A stretch of 11,337 nt of DNA from Candidatus Nanohalobium sp. (GTDB taxonomy: Archaea; Nanohalarchaeota; Nanosalinia; Nanosalinales; Nanosalinaceae). Positions 1 to 6,901 of this stretch are shown here, one piece after another. The position numbers and the translations under genes are program-made. The DNA lies in contig JBDGTY010000026.1 in NCBI GenBank assembly GCA_042216335.1, positions 1 to 11,337 of the forward strand, read 5' to 3'. The notes below the pieces were generated by a model. That model was not told the origin of the DNA, searched no databases, and was given only the letters and a program-made list of their open reading frames with translations. Every line of letters begins with the position of its first letter. The stretch's first letter is position 1.

Positions 1-146
1 GTGTAGCCGCATTTGCCGCAGCTCATGCGGTCTTCGTGGTCTGCGAGGAAGCTGCCGCATCTTGGGCATTGTGAGTGGTTCTTACTTCCGTCGTCCTCGT
101 ATTTCTCCCAGATCTGGGATTTCTCGTGCTTTCCGATAGTGACCAC
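1..146 (-). CDS. rps27ae: 30S ribosomal protein S27ae (eS31), 3' end runs off the window
   Basis: Not in the ORF track. Manual translation gives [49 protein letters not shown], with the CPRCG..FLADH..R..CGKCGYT zinc-ribbon signature, directly after rps24e as in the conserved cluster. Start is GTG at 146 or ATC at 137. Confidence 0.95.
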   Translation of the reverse strand, partial: MVTIGKHEKSQIWEKYEDDGSKNHSQCPRCGSFLADHEDRMSCGKCGY

Positions 147-149
147 CTG

Positions 150-584
150 TTATTTCTGGCTCTCCAGCCAGTCGATGAGTGTTGTACGGTTTTTGTTATC
201 TTTCTCTGCTTCGATCGCTGCGTCCCAGTCGACGTCGTCCATGTCCCCAAGCGCGTCTTTGGCATCGGTGATGGTTCCGGAGACTGCTTCCTCAAGTTCA
301 GGCGTTACTTCGGCAGGTTCTTCTTCGATGGTGTCTTCCTGTAGGTCTTCGTCGTACTCGAATTCCTGGAAGATCTTGAGGTAGGCCTTGGATGTGTTTC
401 TTCCGAAGCCGGTGTAGATCGAGTCGATCTGGACTTCTTCCTCGTCCAATCCGTTTTCTGCTGCTACCCTGCTTTTGACGTCTTCTGTCGAAGGAGTGCT
501 TTCTCCTTCGTGGTTGATTGAGACCTCTGCCTCTCTTCTGTCGAGAAGCGGGTTCTCCTTAACTGCTGTAATTTGAGCTTCCAT
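150..584 (-). CDS. rps24e: 30S ribosomal protein S24e (eS24) with acidic C-terminal extension
   Basis: KENPLLDRRE, HEGESTPS..DVK and IYTGFG....AYLKIF motifs of eS24. SD AAGGTGA at 594-600 (minus strand). Conserved gene order. Confidence 0.95.
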   Translation of the reverse strand: MEAQITAVKENPLLDRREAEVSINHEGESTPSTEDVKSRVAAENGLDEEEVQIDSIYTGFGRNTSKAYLKIFQEFEYDEDLQEDTIEEEPAEVTPELEEAVSGTITDAKDALGDMDDVDWDAAIEAEKDNKNRTTLIDWLESQK

Positions 585-600
585 AGTATAGTTTCACCTT

Positions 601-789
601 TTATTTGACTCTGATGGCGTATCTGCCAGGAGTGCTTATTCCAAGTTTTTCAGCCATCTCAGAATCCTCTGGATCGTAGATAACGACCAGTCCACTCCAT
701 GAACCGGAGAGATCGTTGTTCCTGCATACAGGACATTCCGAGGAATCCTCTACAATTCTATTACAGTTCTTGCAAGCTTGCTCGGCCAC
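601..789 (-). CDS. spt4: Transcription elongation factor Spt4 (RpoE'')
   Basis: ACKNC...CPVC zinc finger, WSGLVVIYDPEDSEMA and PGRYAIRV. GTG start with SD GAAGGTGA embedded in the end of rpoE1. Confidence 0.96.
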   Translation of the reverse strand: MAEQACKNCNRIVEDSSECPVCRNNDLSGSWSGLVVIYDPEDSEMAEKLGISTPGRYAIRVK

Positions 790-791
790 GA

Positions 792-1370
792 CTACTCGTC
801 ACCTTCATCATCTTCCTCTTCTTCGGCTTTTTCTTCCTCATACATCTCGATCCATTCACTCTTTCCGAGTCCTGGCTGCCTCATCGTCAAGTTAATCTTG
901 TTGGTATCCTGCTTTCCAAGGCTGACAGCGATAATACGAGAAGTAACTGTATCTCCGACCTCGAGGGCTCTGTCCTGGTCCTCGGAGATCAGCATGGATG
1001 CCTCATCGTCAAGATTGACGTACTCGTCCATGATCTGTGAAACGTGGCAGAGACCGTCGAAAGCACCGATACGGATAAACGCCCCGAACTCTGTGATATC
1101 GACGACTTCACCATTGATAACCTCGTGAAGTTCCGGTTCAAAGACCAGTGCTTCGTACTCTACCTGGTAGTGAATACCTGCGTCCTCAGGCTCGATATCG
1201 CCTCCCTCAACTGAATTAACACCTTCAACACCGAGTACGACGCCGACGTCCTCAACGATCTCACCTTCAACCTCATCACGAAGGCCATCGCGGACGCTCT
1301 CATCTACGTTTTCTCCAAGGTGTTGCGGCGGGACACGAACCGAATCCTGAATTGTCAATCTTTTGTACAT
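792..1370 (-). CDS. rpoE1: DNA-directed RNA polymerase subunit E' (Rpo7)
   Basis: VRVPP, S1-domain EFGAFIRIGAFDGLCHVSQIMD and the LTMRQPGLGKSEWI signature. Confidence 0.97.
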   Translation of the reverse strand: MYKRLTIQDSVRVPPQHLGENVDESVRDGLRDEVEGEIVEDVGVVLGVEGVNSVEGGDIEPEDAGIHYQVEYEALVFEPELHEVINGEVVDITEFGAFIRIGAFDGLCHVSQIMDEYVNLDDEASMLISEDQDRALEVGDTVTSRIIAVSLGKQDTNKINLTMRQPGLGKSEWIEMYEEEKAEEEEDDEGDE

Positions 1371-1415
1371 ACAGTTCCTCTACCTCTGCAAGACAAAAAA
1401 GAAATCGAAGACAAG

Positions 1416-1422
1416 TTTTAAA
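1416..1422 (-). promoter_or_regulatory. Putative TATA box for the rpoE1-spt4-rps24e-rps27ae operon
   Basis: TTTAAAA on the minus strand 46-52 nt upstream of the rpoE1 ATG; an SD-like GAGGTAGAGG lies in the predicted leader. Confidence 0.5.
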
Positions 1423-1463
1423 TGGCATTCCCAATAATCAAGCTAATCCTAAAAGTAGGAGTT

Positions 1464-1480
1464 CCGAGAAAGTTCTTAAC
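1464..1480 (+). promoter_or_regulatory. Putative BRE/TATA promoter for the 1504 ORF (leaderless)
   Basis: CCGAGAAAG followed by TTCTTAAC (1473-1480), 24-31 nt upstream of the ATG at 1504; no SD visible. Confidence 0.45.
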
Positions 1481-1503
1481 ATTTATCTGGGAAAAATTAG
1501 TAT

Positions 1504-2148
1504 ATGCCTTCTAAACAGGAGACACTGTCAGCAATCGAATTGATAGAAGAGCAATTAACGAAACTTAACTGTGAAGTAGAAGAAGAGATCGAACTTGATT
1601 CTGAAAATGGAAAAGTGAGAGGACTATCCTGTAGAAGAGAATATTCAGGACATCCCTTCCAAATATTAACCCTAATCGATGAAGAGGTTCCTTTTTTCGA
1701 AGTGAGGTATGTATTTGACGCCCAGAGTACTATAGCTTCCGAACTTAAGAAAAGAAGTTTAGATACAGAAGAGGTAGAACTAGATAGAGAAGAAGACGAA
1801 GAATACTTTAAGGAGGCTAGAACAAGATTAGTAAGCCTCAACAAATCTGAATTCAGGAAGACACAGAAAGGCCTAATAGAGCGACTTGCCTCAACAGAAG
1901 CTAACTATAGCGTAGAAACCATAGATGATTATGGAATAGAATCTTTCCACTTACAGAAGAAAATATTCCCATTAGAGGAATTCTATAATATCTCAAAATT
2001 AAATAAAGCTATACGGGCAGTTATTAATAAAGGAGTACTAGGCGGAACTTTCGTTGCACATTCATATGAAATAGAAGATTTCTTCTATGAGGAATTAGAT
2101 CAAAAAGAAGAAGTTGAAGATAAGAATGATCTCGGTTATATCGGATAA
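1504..2148 (+). CDS. Hypothetical acidic protein, possibly DUF2299/YbjN-like (type III chaperone fold)
   Basis: 214-aa acidic ORF with a plausible promoter. The beta-strand to helix pattern FHLQKKIFPLEEFYNISKLNKAIRAVIN is reminiscent of DUF2299/YbjN proteins. CDS is well supported, family assignment is weak. Confidence 0.7.
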   Translation: MPSKQETLSAIELIEEQLTKLNCEVEEEIELDSENGKVRGLSCRREYSGHPFQILTLIDEEVPFFEVRYVFDAQSTIASELKKRSLDTEEVELDREEDEEYFKEARTRLVSLNKSEFRKTQKGLIERLASTEANYSVETIDDYGIESFHLQKKIFPLEEFYNISKLNKAIRAVINKGVLGGTFVAHSYEIEDFFYEELDQKEEVEDKNDLGYIG

Positions 2149-2159
2149 TTGTAGAGGAA

Positions 2160-2178
2160 AGACAAAAATGTTTTATAT
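2160..2178 (+). promoter_or_regulatory. Putative BRE/TATA promoter for the small ORF at 2202
   Basis: Purine-rich AGACAAAAATG then TTTTATAT (2171-2178), 24-31 nt upstream of the ATG at 2202. Confidence 0.55.
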
Positions 2179-2201
2179 GATTTGCTCACCAATAGTAGAT
2201 T

Positions 2202-2345
2202 ATGAGCTTTATTCCAGACAAGATGGTAGATACCTCTTGGAGAGACGAAGAGCGAGAGATAGAAGTATCTGATGAATTCAAAGGGAAGTCTGGCGATGAA
2301 ATTGTGGATGAGATTAGAGAGAAAAATACCATTAAATTAGATTAA
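2202..2345 (+). CDS. Small acidic protein (47 aa), putative VapB-like antitoxin
   Basis: Not in the ORF track. Translation: MSFIPDKMVDTSWRDEEREIEVSDEFKGKSGDEIVDEIREKNTIKLD*. It has a well-placed TATA box, fills the intergenic gap, and KSGDEIVDEIRE resembles the toxin-binding C-terminal helix of archaeal VapB proteins. Confidence 0.6.
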   Translation: MSFIPDKMVDTSWRDEEREIEVSDEFKGKSGDEIVDEIREKNTIKLD

Positions 2346-2784
2346 CTTTGATACTTTTCTCTTTTAGATTCCAACTATCTGTCGTGTGAATTTTATCTAT
2401 TTGTCCTGACGATATAGCTAGTCCTACTATAAGCGAGTCATTGAATTCTGAAGCTATTCTTCCTTTTTCATCGCGGATAAATTCTAGAGCTTCTATAAAA
2501 TCAGAGAGATCTAAATCAACATATACGAACCCATCAAGCAGGTTTTCAAATTCCTCTTTAGCCATATTTCTAGTAACTTCATCATCAAAAGAATAATCTG
2601 ATGTTAAGAAGTCCTTAACTTCTCCAATAATTACCTGATGAGCAACAGGAATCCTATTGTCTGCTGTCTTAACAGAGTTAATTACTTTCTTTGCCTCTTT
2701 ACCTTTGCCAGAAGTATCTGCAACTGCTTCAACAAAAACCGAGGAATCAAAAATTTCTAAAGTACAATCATTCCTATCAGGCAT
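2332..2784 (-). CDS. PIN-domain ribonuclease, VapC-like toxin
   Basis: PIN acidic tetrad pattern: IFDSSVFV, VIIGEV, FNDSLIVGLA, IHTTD. Confidence 0.82.
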   Translation of the reverse strand: MPDRNDCTLEIFDSSVFVEAVADTSGKGKEAKKVINSVKTADNRIPVAHQVIIGEVKDFLTSDYSFDDEVTRNMAKEEFENLLDGFVYVDLDLSDFIEALEFIRDEKGRIASEFNDSLIVGLAISSGQIDKIHTTDSWNLKEKSIKVNLI

Positions 2785-2818
2785 AATAAATAATTCTGGA
2801 TAACCCTTAACTATATTT

Positions 2819-3205
2819 TCAGAATCCAGGATCTTTCCTGTTCAGTACTTCCAGATAACTCTCATTCCGGATGTGGATGACTTCAGCGTTGACTTCTATC
2901 AACCTCTCCTTCAGCTCCTTATCATTCGTAGCAATCACATAGTCTCGGGAAATTTCGACCAAGAGGTCGTCCACTGAGCCCTCTCCTTCTGTTTCAAGAA
3001 CCTCAATATCTTTTTTGTCGACGAGTTTTTCGACTAGGTCGCCGTATTTGCCGTCTTCGATTGACTTGGCTTCCTGTACTGCGTCGTCGATTGTGTATAC
3101 CTTGCTGTGAGGGAAGATTCTTTCGAGTTCCTGGAATATGTCGATTGAGTCGAGCTGGAAAGGCGCTGTAAGGAAGTTGGTGTCGAGTATGATTTCGCGG
3201 GTCAT
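2819..3205 (-). CDS. Conserved archaeal PIN-domain protein, Fcf1/Utp24-like
   Basis: IILDTNFL..PFQ...DIF.EL, VDDLLVE and VIATNDKELKERL motifs. This family usually lies between aIF2-gamma and rpoE1. Confidence 0.9.
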   Translation of the reverse strand: MTREIILDTNFLTAPFQLDSIDIFQELERIFPHSKVYTIDDAVQEAKSIEDGKYGDLVEKLVDKKDIEVLETEGEGSVDDLLVEISRDYVIATNDKELKERLIEVNAEVIHIRNESYLEVLNRKDPGF

Positions 3206-3226
3206 GTTTTCTGTTGTTTGAGTTAG

Positions 3227-3234
3227 TTCTAAAA
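3227..3234. promoter_or_regulatory. Putative shared TATA element for the divergent PIN and ATP-grasp genes
   Basis: TTCTAAAA (+) / TTTTAGAA (-) in the middle of a 52-bp intergenic gap, 22 nt from the ATG at 3205 and 24 nt from the ATG at 3258. Confidence 0.45.
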
Positions 3235-3257
3235 CTCTCCGCCGTGAGTTGCATGTT

Positions 3258-4175
3258 ATGAAGAGTATCGGTGTTCTGTGGGATGACGAGGTTGAGTGGG
3301 ATAGAGAGAAACCTTTTGATGGTCAGTCAAATGAGTCCTACGGTTATTTTTCTGAAAGGGCTGAAGACCGAGAAGTAAGACTGGTTCAGGCCCAGTATCA
3401 CTGGTATAATGATGGATCTCTGTCTCAGGGCTGGGTTTGCGAGAAAGGTGAATGGAAGAAAGTAGAGGATATTGAACTTGATGGGGTATTCGATAAGTTC
3501 CACTTTGATGAGGATACAAAAGCTCTCAAGAATGAGATTAGTGAGACGATCGGGATACTGAATGACCCGGAGCTGGAAGAGCTGTGCAAGGATAAACTCC
3601 TAACTTATGAGCGATTTCCTGAGAAAATGCCGGAGACAAGGATTTTCTCCGATGACAATGCTCAGGAAATGCTGGAGAAGCACGGCAAGATTGTCTTGAA
3701 GCCTCGTTACGCTTTCGGTGGCAAAGGTATCCACATTGTAGAGAGTGAAGAAGAGATACCGGAAATAGAAGACGAATATATCATTCAGGAGTTTATTGAC
3801 AGCAGCGGAGGCATCGAGGGCATAGTTGAAGAAACGCATGATCTAAGAGGCATAGTAGTAAACGGCGAACTAGAGGCAGGTTATGTCAGGTATAGCGATG
3901 GCGAGATAAGTAATGTAGCGCAGGGAGGCTCACAGGATCCAGTTAGCCCAGAAGAATTCCCTGAGAAGGCTCTGGATCTCATTGAATCTGTTAACGACGA
4001 ACTAGAGTTCAGGCCATGTCTTTTCTCCGTCGACCTTTTCTTCGATGGACAAGGAAATCCTTGGATAGTTGAGCTGAACTCAAAGCCTGGAATAGGTTTC
4101 TACGGTGATGAAGAAATGAAGAAGCAGCTCGTACCGGTGATGGATGGACTAGTAGAGGCCTTCAAACAGCTCTAA
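3258..4175 (+). CDS. ATP-grasp peptide ligase (YheC/D- or RimK-like)
   Basis: DKLLTY, IVLKPRYAFGGKGI, YIIQEFID, HDLRGIVVNG, SNVAQGG and FSVDLFFD...WIVELNSKPG; catalytic motifs intact. ATG at 3258 preferred over TTG at 3249. Confidence 0.9.
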   Translation: MKSIGVLWDDEVEWDREKPFDGQSNESYGYFSERAEDREVRLVQAQYHWYNDGSLSQGWVCEKGEWKKVEDIELDGVFDKFHFDEDTKALKNEISETIGILNDPELEELCKDKLLTYERFPEKMPETRIFSDDNAQEMLEKHGKIVLKPRYAFGGKGIHIVESEEEIPEIEDEYIIQEFIDSSGGIEGIVEETHDLRGIVVNGELEAGYVRYSDGEISNVAQGGSQDPVSPEEFPEKALDLIESVNDELEFRPCLFSVDLFFDGQGNPWIVELNSKPGIGFYGDEEMKKQLVPVMDGLVEAFKQL

Positions 4176-5203
4176 TTTATCATTTCTTTTGCTTCTTCTA
4201 GGTCTTCCGTAAGTCTCTCGGCAATATTCAATCTTATCTCCTTTGCTTTCTCTCTACTAACTTCTTCAGGTATATCCAGGTTCTGTGAGACAGGTGAGAA
4301 TTCTGAAGGGTTAATGCCCATTTCCTCAATGTATTCTCTGACTTCTTCTGACTCAAGGCCTTGCTCTATCGCTTTTTCTGATGCTTTCTTCACTTTCTGG
4401 AATTCTGGCAGTTCTGATCTCTTCTTTTTCTGAACTATCGGTTTGACAGCTTTCACAATTTTGATTACCTCGGTAAGAAGTGTTGTATCTGGGGCTCGCC
4501 ATTCAACTGTCGGGTAGTCCTCCCTCAGTTTTACAGGCGTCCAGACTGCGTTCTCCGGCTGGAAGAACCTCTCAAATCTTTCTGGTTCTATGCCTTTCTT
4601 CTCTGCCTCATTCTCAAATTCTTCGAATAGTTCCTCTCTTTTTTCACGCCATTCAGTGATTGAATCCATGTAGGGCCAGAGCTCTCTCTGTTTGGGGAAT
4701 GCTCCGCAGGCTTTGTGCCTGTAAATTTTGTTTCTGCATCCGTCTGCCAGGTGCTTTCCCTGATATCTTGGCGATGAGTTCATCAGTGCAGAGAGAGGAT
4801 CCATGGCTGTCAAGGTGTTGAGCTGTCTGAGAGAGCCCTCCTTTTCAAAATGGATGTGGAGGCCAGCAGTCCTGCCAGCATGTTTTACTTCAGGACCTAT
4901 TACCTCTTGCTCTATCTGGAATCTTTCAGACTCATATACTTCGACCTCTCCGGAGTTTAGAGGTGTTCCGAGAGGCACAATTCTCTTTCCGTCTTTCTTG
5001 GCGAGTTCTACAAGGATCTCTGTTTTTGATATGGCTTCTTTCAGAAGTTCATCCATGTCTTCGTGCGGTTCTGTCTGTATTTCTATCATCGACCGTGAGA
5101 ATTCCTGTGATGCAAAGTAGACTCTTTCTGCTACCGGCTTGGCGTAGTCAAGTTTTCCTTCTTCGTTTATGACCCAGAACTCCAGTTCGAGGCCCGTCTT
5201 CAA
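4172..5203 (-). CDS. Glutamate--cysteine ligase family 2 (GCS2/YbdK-like carboxylate-amine ligase)
   Basis: GLELEFWVI, EFSRSMIEIQTEP, LGTPL, AGLHIHF, NSSP and PTVEWRAPD motifs. TTG start overlaps the upstream TGA (TTGA) and is preceded by SD AAGGAGG. Confidence 0.9.
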   Translation of the reverse strand: MKTGLELEFWVINEEGKLDYAKPVAERVYFASQEFSRSMIEIQTEPHEDMDELLKEAISKTEILVELAKKDGKRIVPLGTPLNSGEVEVYESERFQIEQEVIGPEVKHAGRTAGLHIHFEKEGSLRQLNTLTAMDPLSALMNSSPRYQGKHLADGCRNKIYRHKACGAFPKQRELWPYMDSITEWREKREELFEEFENEAEKKGIEPERFERFFQPENAVWTPVKLREDYPTVEWRAPDTTLLTEVIKIVKAVKPIVQKKKRSELPEFQKVKKASEKAIEQGLESEEVREYIEEMGINPSEFSPVSQNLDIPEEVSREKAKEIRLNIAERLTEDLEEAKEMIN

Positions 5204-6084
5204 TTTTTATCTTCCTCCTTCATTGCTCGTTCGTGCATTCTCTCTACCAGTCGAAGTATGATGTTTTCTCCTACTGTTTCGTTTATCGCTTTGTAGAGGC
5301 CGAAGGCGCTGTTCAGTTCGAGGACGTAGACGTCTTCTTCAGTTTCTATGACGTCGACACCGCATATGTCGAAGCCTGATGCTTTAACAGCTCTCTTGGC
5401 GGCTTCTTCCATTTCTTCTGTTATCTCGACTTCCTTTCTCTCCCCTCCTTCTGACACGTTGGAGCGCCATTCGTCACCGCTACTGGATCTCTGGTATGCA
5501 TAGACTTCATCCCCGATGACTATCACCCTGTTATCTGTTCCGCCGTGTTCCTTGTATTCCTGAAGGCAGATATCCTGTTTGAAGGCCTTCATAGTATCCA
5601 TAACAGGTTTCAGCTCGTTTTCTGAACTGGCTCTCATCACTCCCTGGCCTCCTGCTCCTCCGATTGTTTTCATTATTATGGGGTATCCTAGATCTTCAGC
5701 GGCATCTACGGCAGTCTCAGGTGAGATGGTGTAGAAGCTGTCCGGGACGTTAACATGGTTCTCTGCCAGAATTTTCATGCTGTAGAACTTGTTATTGGAG
5801 TATGAGAATGACTCATCATCGGACTGTGTCACGACACCGGATTCGTTCAGTACTTCAACAAGGTGTTCCGAAAACAATCTGTCCTGGTCGTTGGTTCTGA
5901 CATACGCGGCATCAAATTCCGTTAGATCAGTGCCCTTGTACAGAACCTTGCTTCCCTCATCACCATGAATGAACTTCAGTCCTTCTACTGGTGCTGCGAG
6001 AACGGAGTCGAAGATTTCATCAGCTTCCTCTATTATTAGCTGGTGAGTGGTAGAGACATCGCCGTATATTATCGCCAGCTTCAT
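5200..6084 (-). CDS. RimK/LysX-family ATP-grasp alpha-L-glutamate ligase
   Basis: NNKFYS, LGYPIIMKTIGGAGGQGV, LQEY, DNRVIVIG, WRSNVSEGG, ICGVDVI and VLELNS. Start moved to ATG 6084 because the track's GTG at 6093 lies inside the SD GAAGGTG. Confidence 0.92.
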   Translation of the reverse strand: MKLAIIYGDVSTTHQLIIEEADEIFDSVLAAPVEGLKFIHGDEGSKVLYKGTDLTEFDAAYVRTNDQDRLFSEHLVEVLNESGVVTQSDDESFSYSNNKFYSMKILAENHVNVPDSFYTISPETAVDAAEDLGYPIIMKTIGGAGGQGVMRASSENELKPVMDTMKAFKQDICLQEYKEHGGTDNRVIVIGDEVYAYQRSSSGDEWRSNVSEGGERKEVEITEEMEEAAKRAVKASGFDICGVDVIETEEDVYVLELNSAFGLYKAINETVGENIILRLVERMHERAMKEEDKN

Positions 6085-6085
6085 C

Positions 6086-6901
6086 TTAGACACCTTCTTC
6101 CTGCTTCAGGGCAGATGACAGGTTTTTGTACACATCCTTACCCGAAACATCGGAGTAAAGCTCCAAGTCAGGATTAGGGTTCAAATCCACTATTTCCTGA
6201 TCTCTTACGAGGACTTCCGCGACACGTGCGCCTAAAGCATTCTTTGCATCCAGAACCATCTCCTTTACATCTCCCGGCACATTGGCATACCTGAGGTTCT
6301 CATCGCTCAGCTCCCAGCCTTCAGAGATATCTTCTAGAGATATTACTTCATCACCTGCAACCAGACATCTGTACTTGCCCCCTTCCGAGTATTCCTGGAA
6401 AAGAAGGAAGTTCTCCCCATAGTCAACCCCTTCAGTGAATGCACCGATACCCTCGACAGTATCTATCTTTTTCTTCTCCACCTCTGCCAGGTCCTCAAAC
6501 TTCCTCGCTATCAAAGGCCCCTTAATATGGTTCTCCAAGTTTCTGGCCGCCTTTTCGTCCGCTACAACGGCCGTCTTGGCCGCTGAAACATTTTTCTCAT
6601 GTAGAACATAGTAGAGATAATTCTTCTTCGCCATAGCAAAGAAAGAAGTTGAGGAATAGTTCACAGGAATCGCTTTCTCCTCAATCATCTCCAGCAAAAC
6701 CCTGCCGAACACAGCATTTTCAACCGGTATCTCAGCGTATACAGTATCAAAACTCTCTTCAAGACCGTTTATCTTCAAGTCCGGTTGCCCATCAATCACC
6801 TGGGGAGAGATTTTCTCCAAGTCAACAGTCTGAACACTCTCGAAGTGCTGATCAAGCTCCTCAGCACACTCGCCACCGTCAGTTATCTTCAGAAGCCTCA
6901 T
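6086..6901 (-). CDS. Divergent RimK-like ATP-grasp protein (probably catalytically impaired)
   Basis: Colinear with the RimK fold (AKKNYLYYVL, AKTAVV, LLFQEY, YRCLVAGDEVI, IVDLNPNP) but key motifs are altered. Start ATG 6901 (or 6907) after SD GGAGG; the track start at 6958 is probably too long. Confidence 0.78.
   Translation of the reverse strand: MRLLKITDGGECAEELDQHFESVQTVDLEKISPQVIDGQPDLKINGLEESFDTVYAEIPVENAVFGRVLLEMIEEKAIPVNYSSTSFFAMAKKNYLYYVLHEKNVSAAKTAVVADEKAARNLENHIKGPLIARKFEDLAEVEKKKIDTVEGIGAFTEGVDYGENFLLFQEYSEGGKYRCLVAGDEVISLEDISEGWELSDENLRYANVPGDVKEMVLDAKNALGARVAEVLVRDQEIVDLNPNPDLELYSDVSGKDVYKNLSSALKQEEGV

Larger units (their letters stand above)
1430..2818. mobile_element. AT-rich three-gene islet inserted between the PIN gene and rpoE1 (no mobility genes seen)
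   Basis: Visibly lower GC than flanks (hand counts: 23/60 in line 1501, 15/60 in line 1981). Separates two genes that are normally adjacent in archaea. Boundaries approximate. Confidence 0.55.

Noticed and set aside
13-384. Overlapping ORFs 13-384 (+), 23-295 (-) and 75-344 (+)
   Set aside because: Shadow or alternate frames of rps24e and rps27ae. Ser/Phe/Leu richness is explained by the complement of acidic codons.
792-845. Glu/Asp-rich C-terminal tail of RpoE1 as a possible RimK glutamylation target
   Set aside because: Acidic tails are common in halophile proteins, and nothing in the sequence links this one to the ligases.
699-1844. ORFs 699-1040, 778-1128, 1352-1543 and 1497-1844
   Set aside because: Antisense to or overlapping rpoE1, spt4 or the 1504 gene; poly-Ser runs mirror Glu-rich codons on the coding strand.
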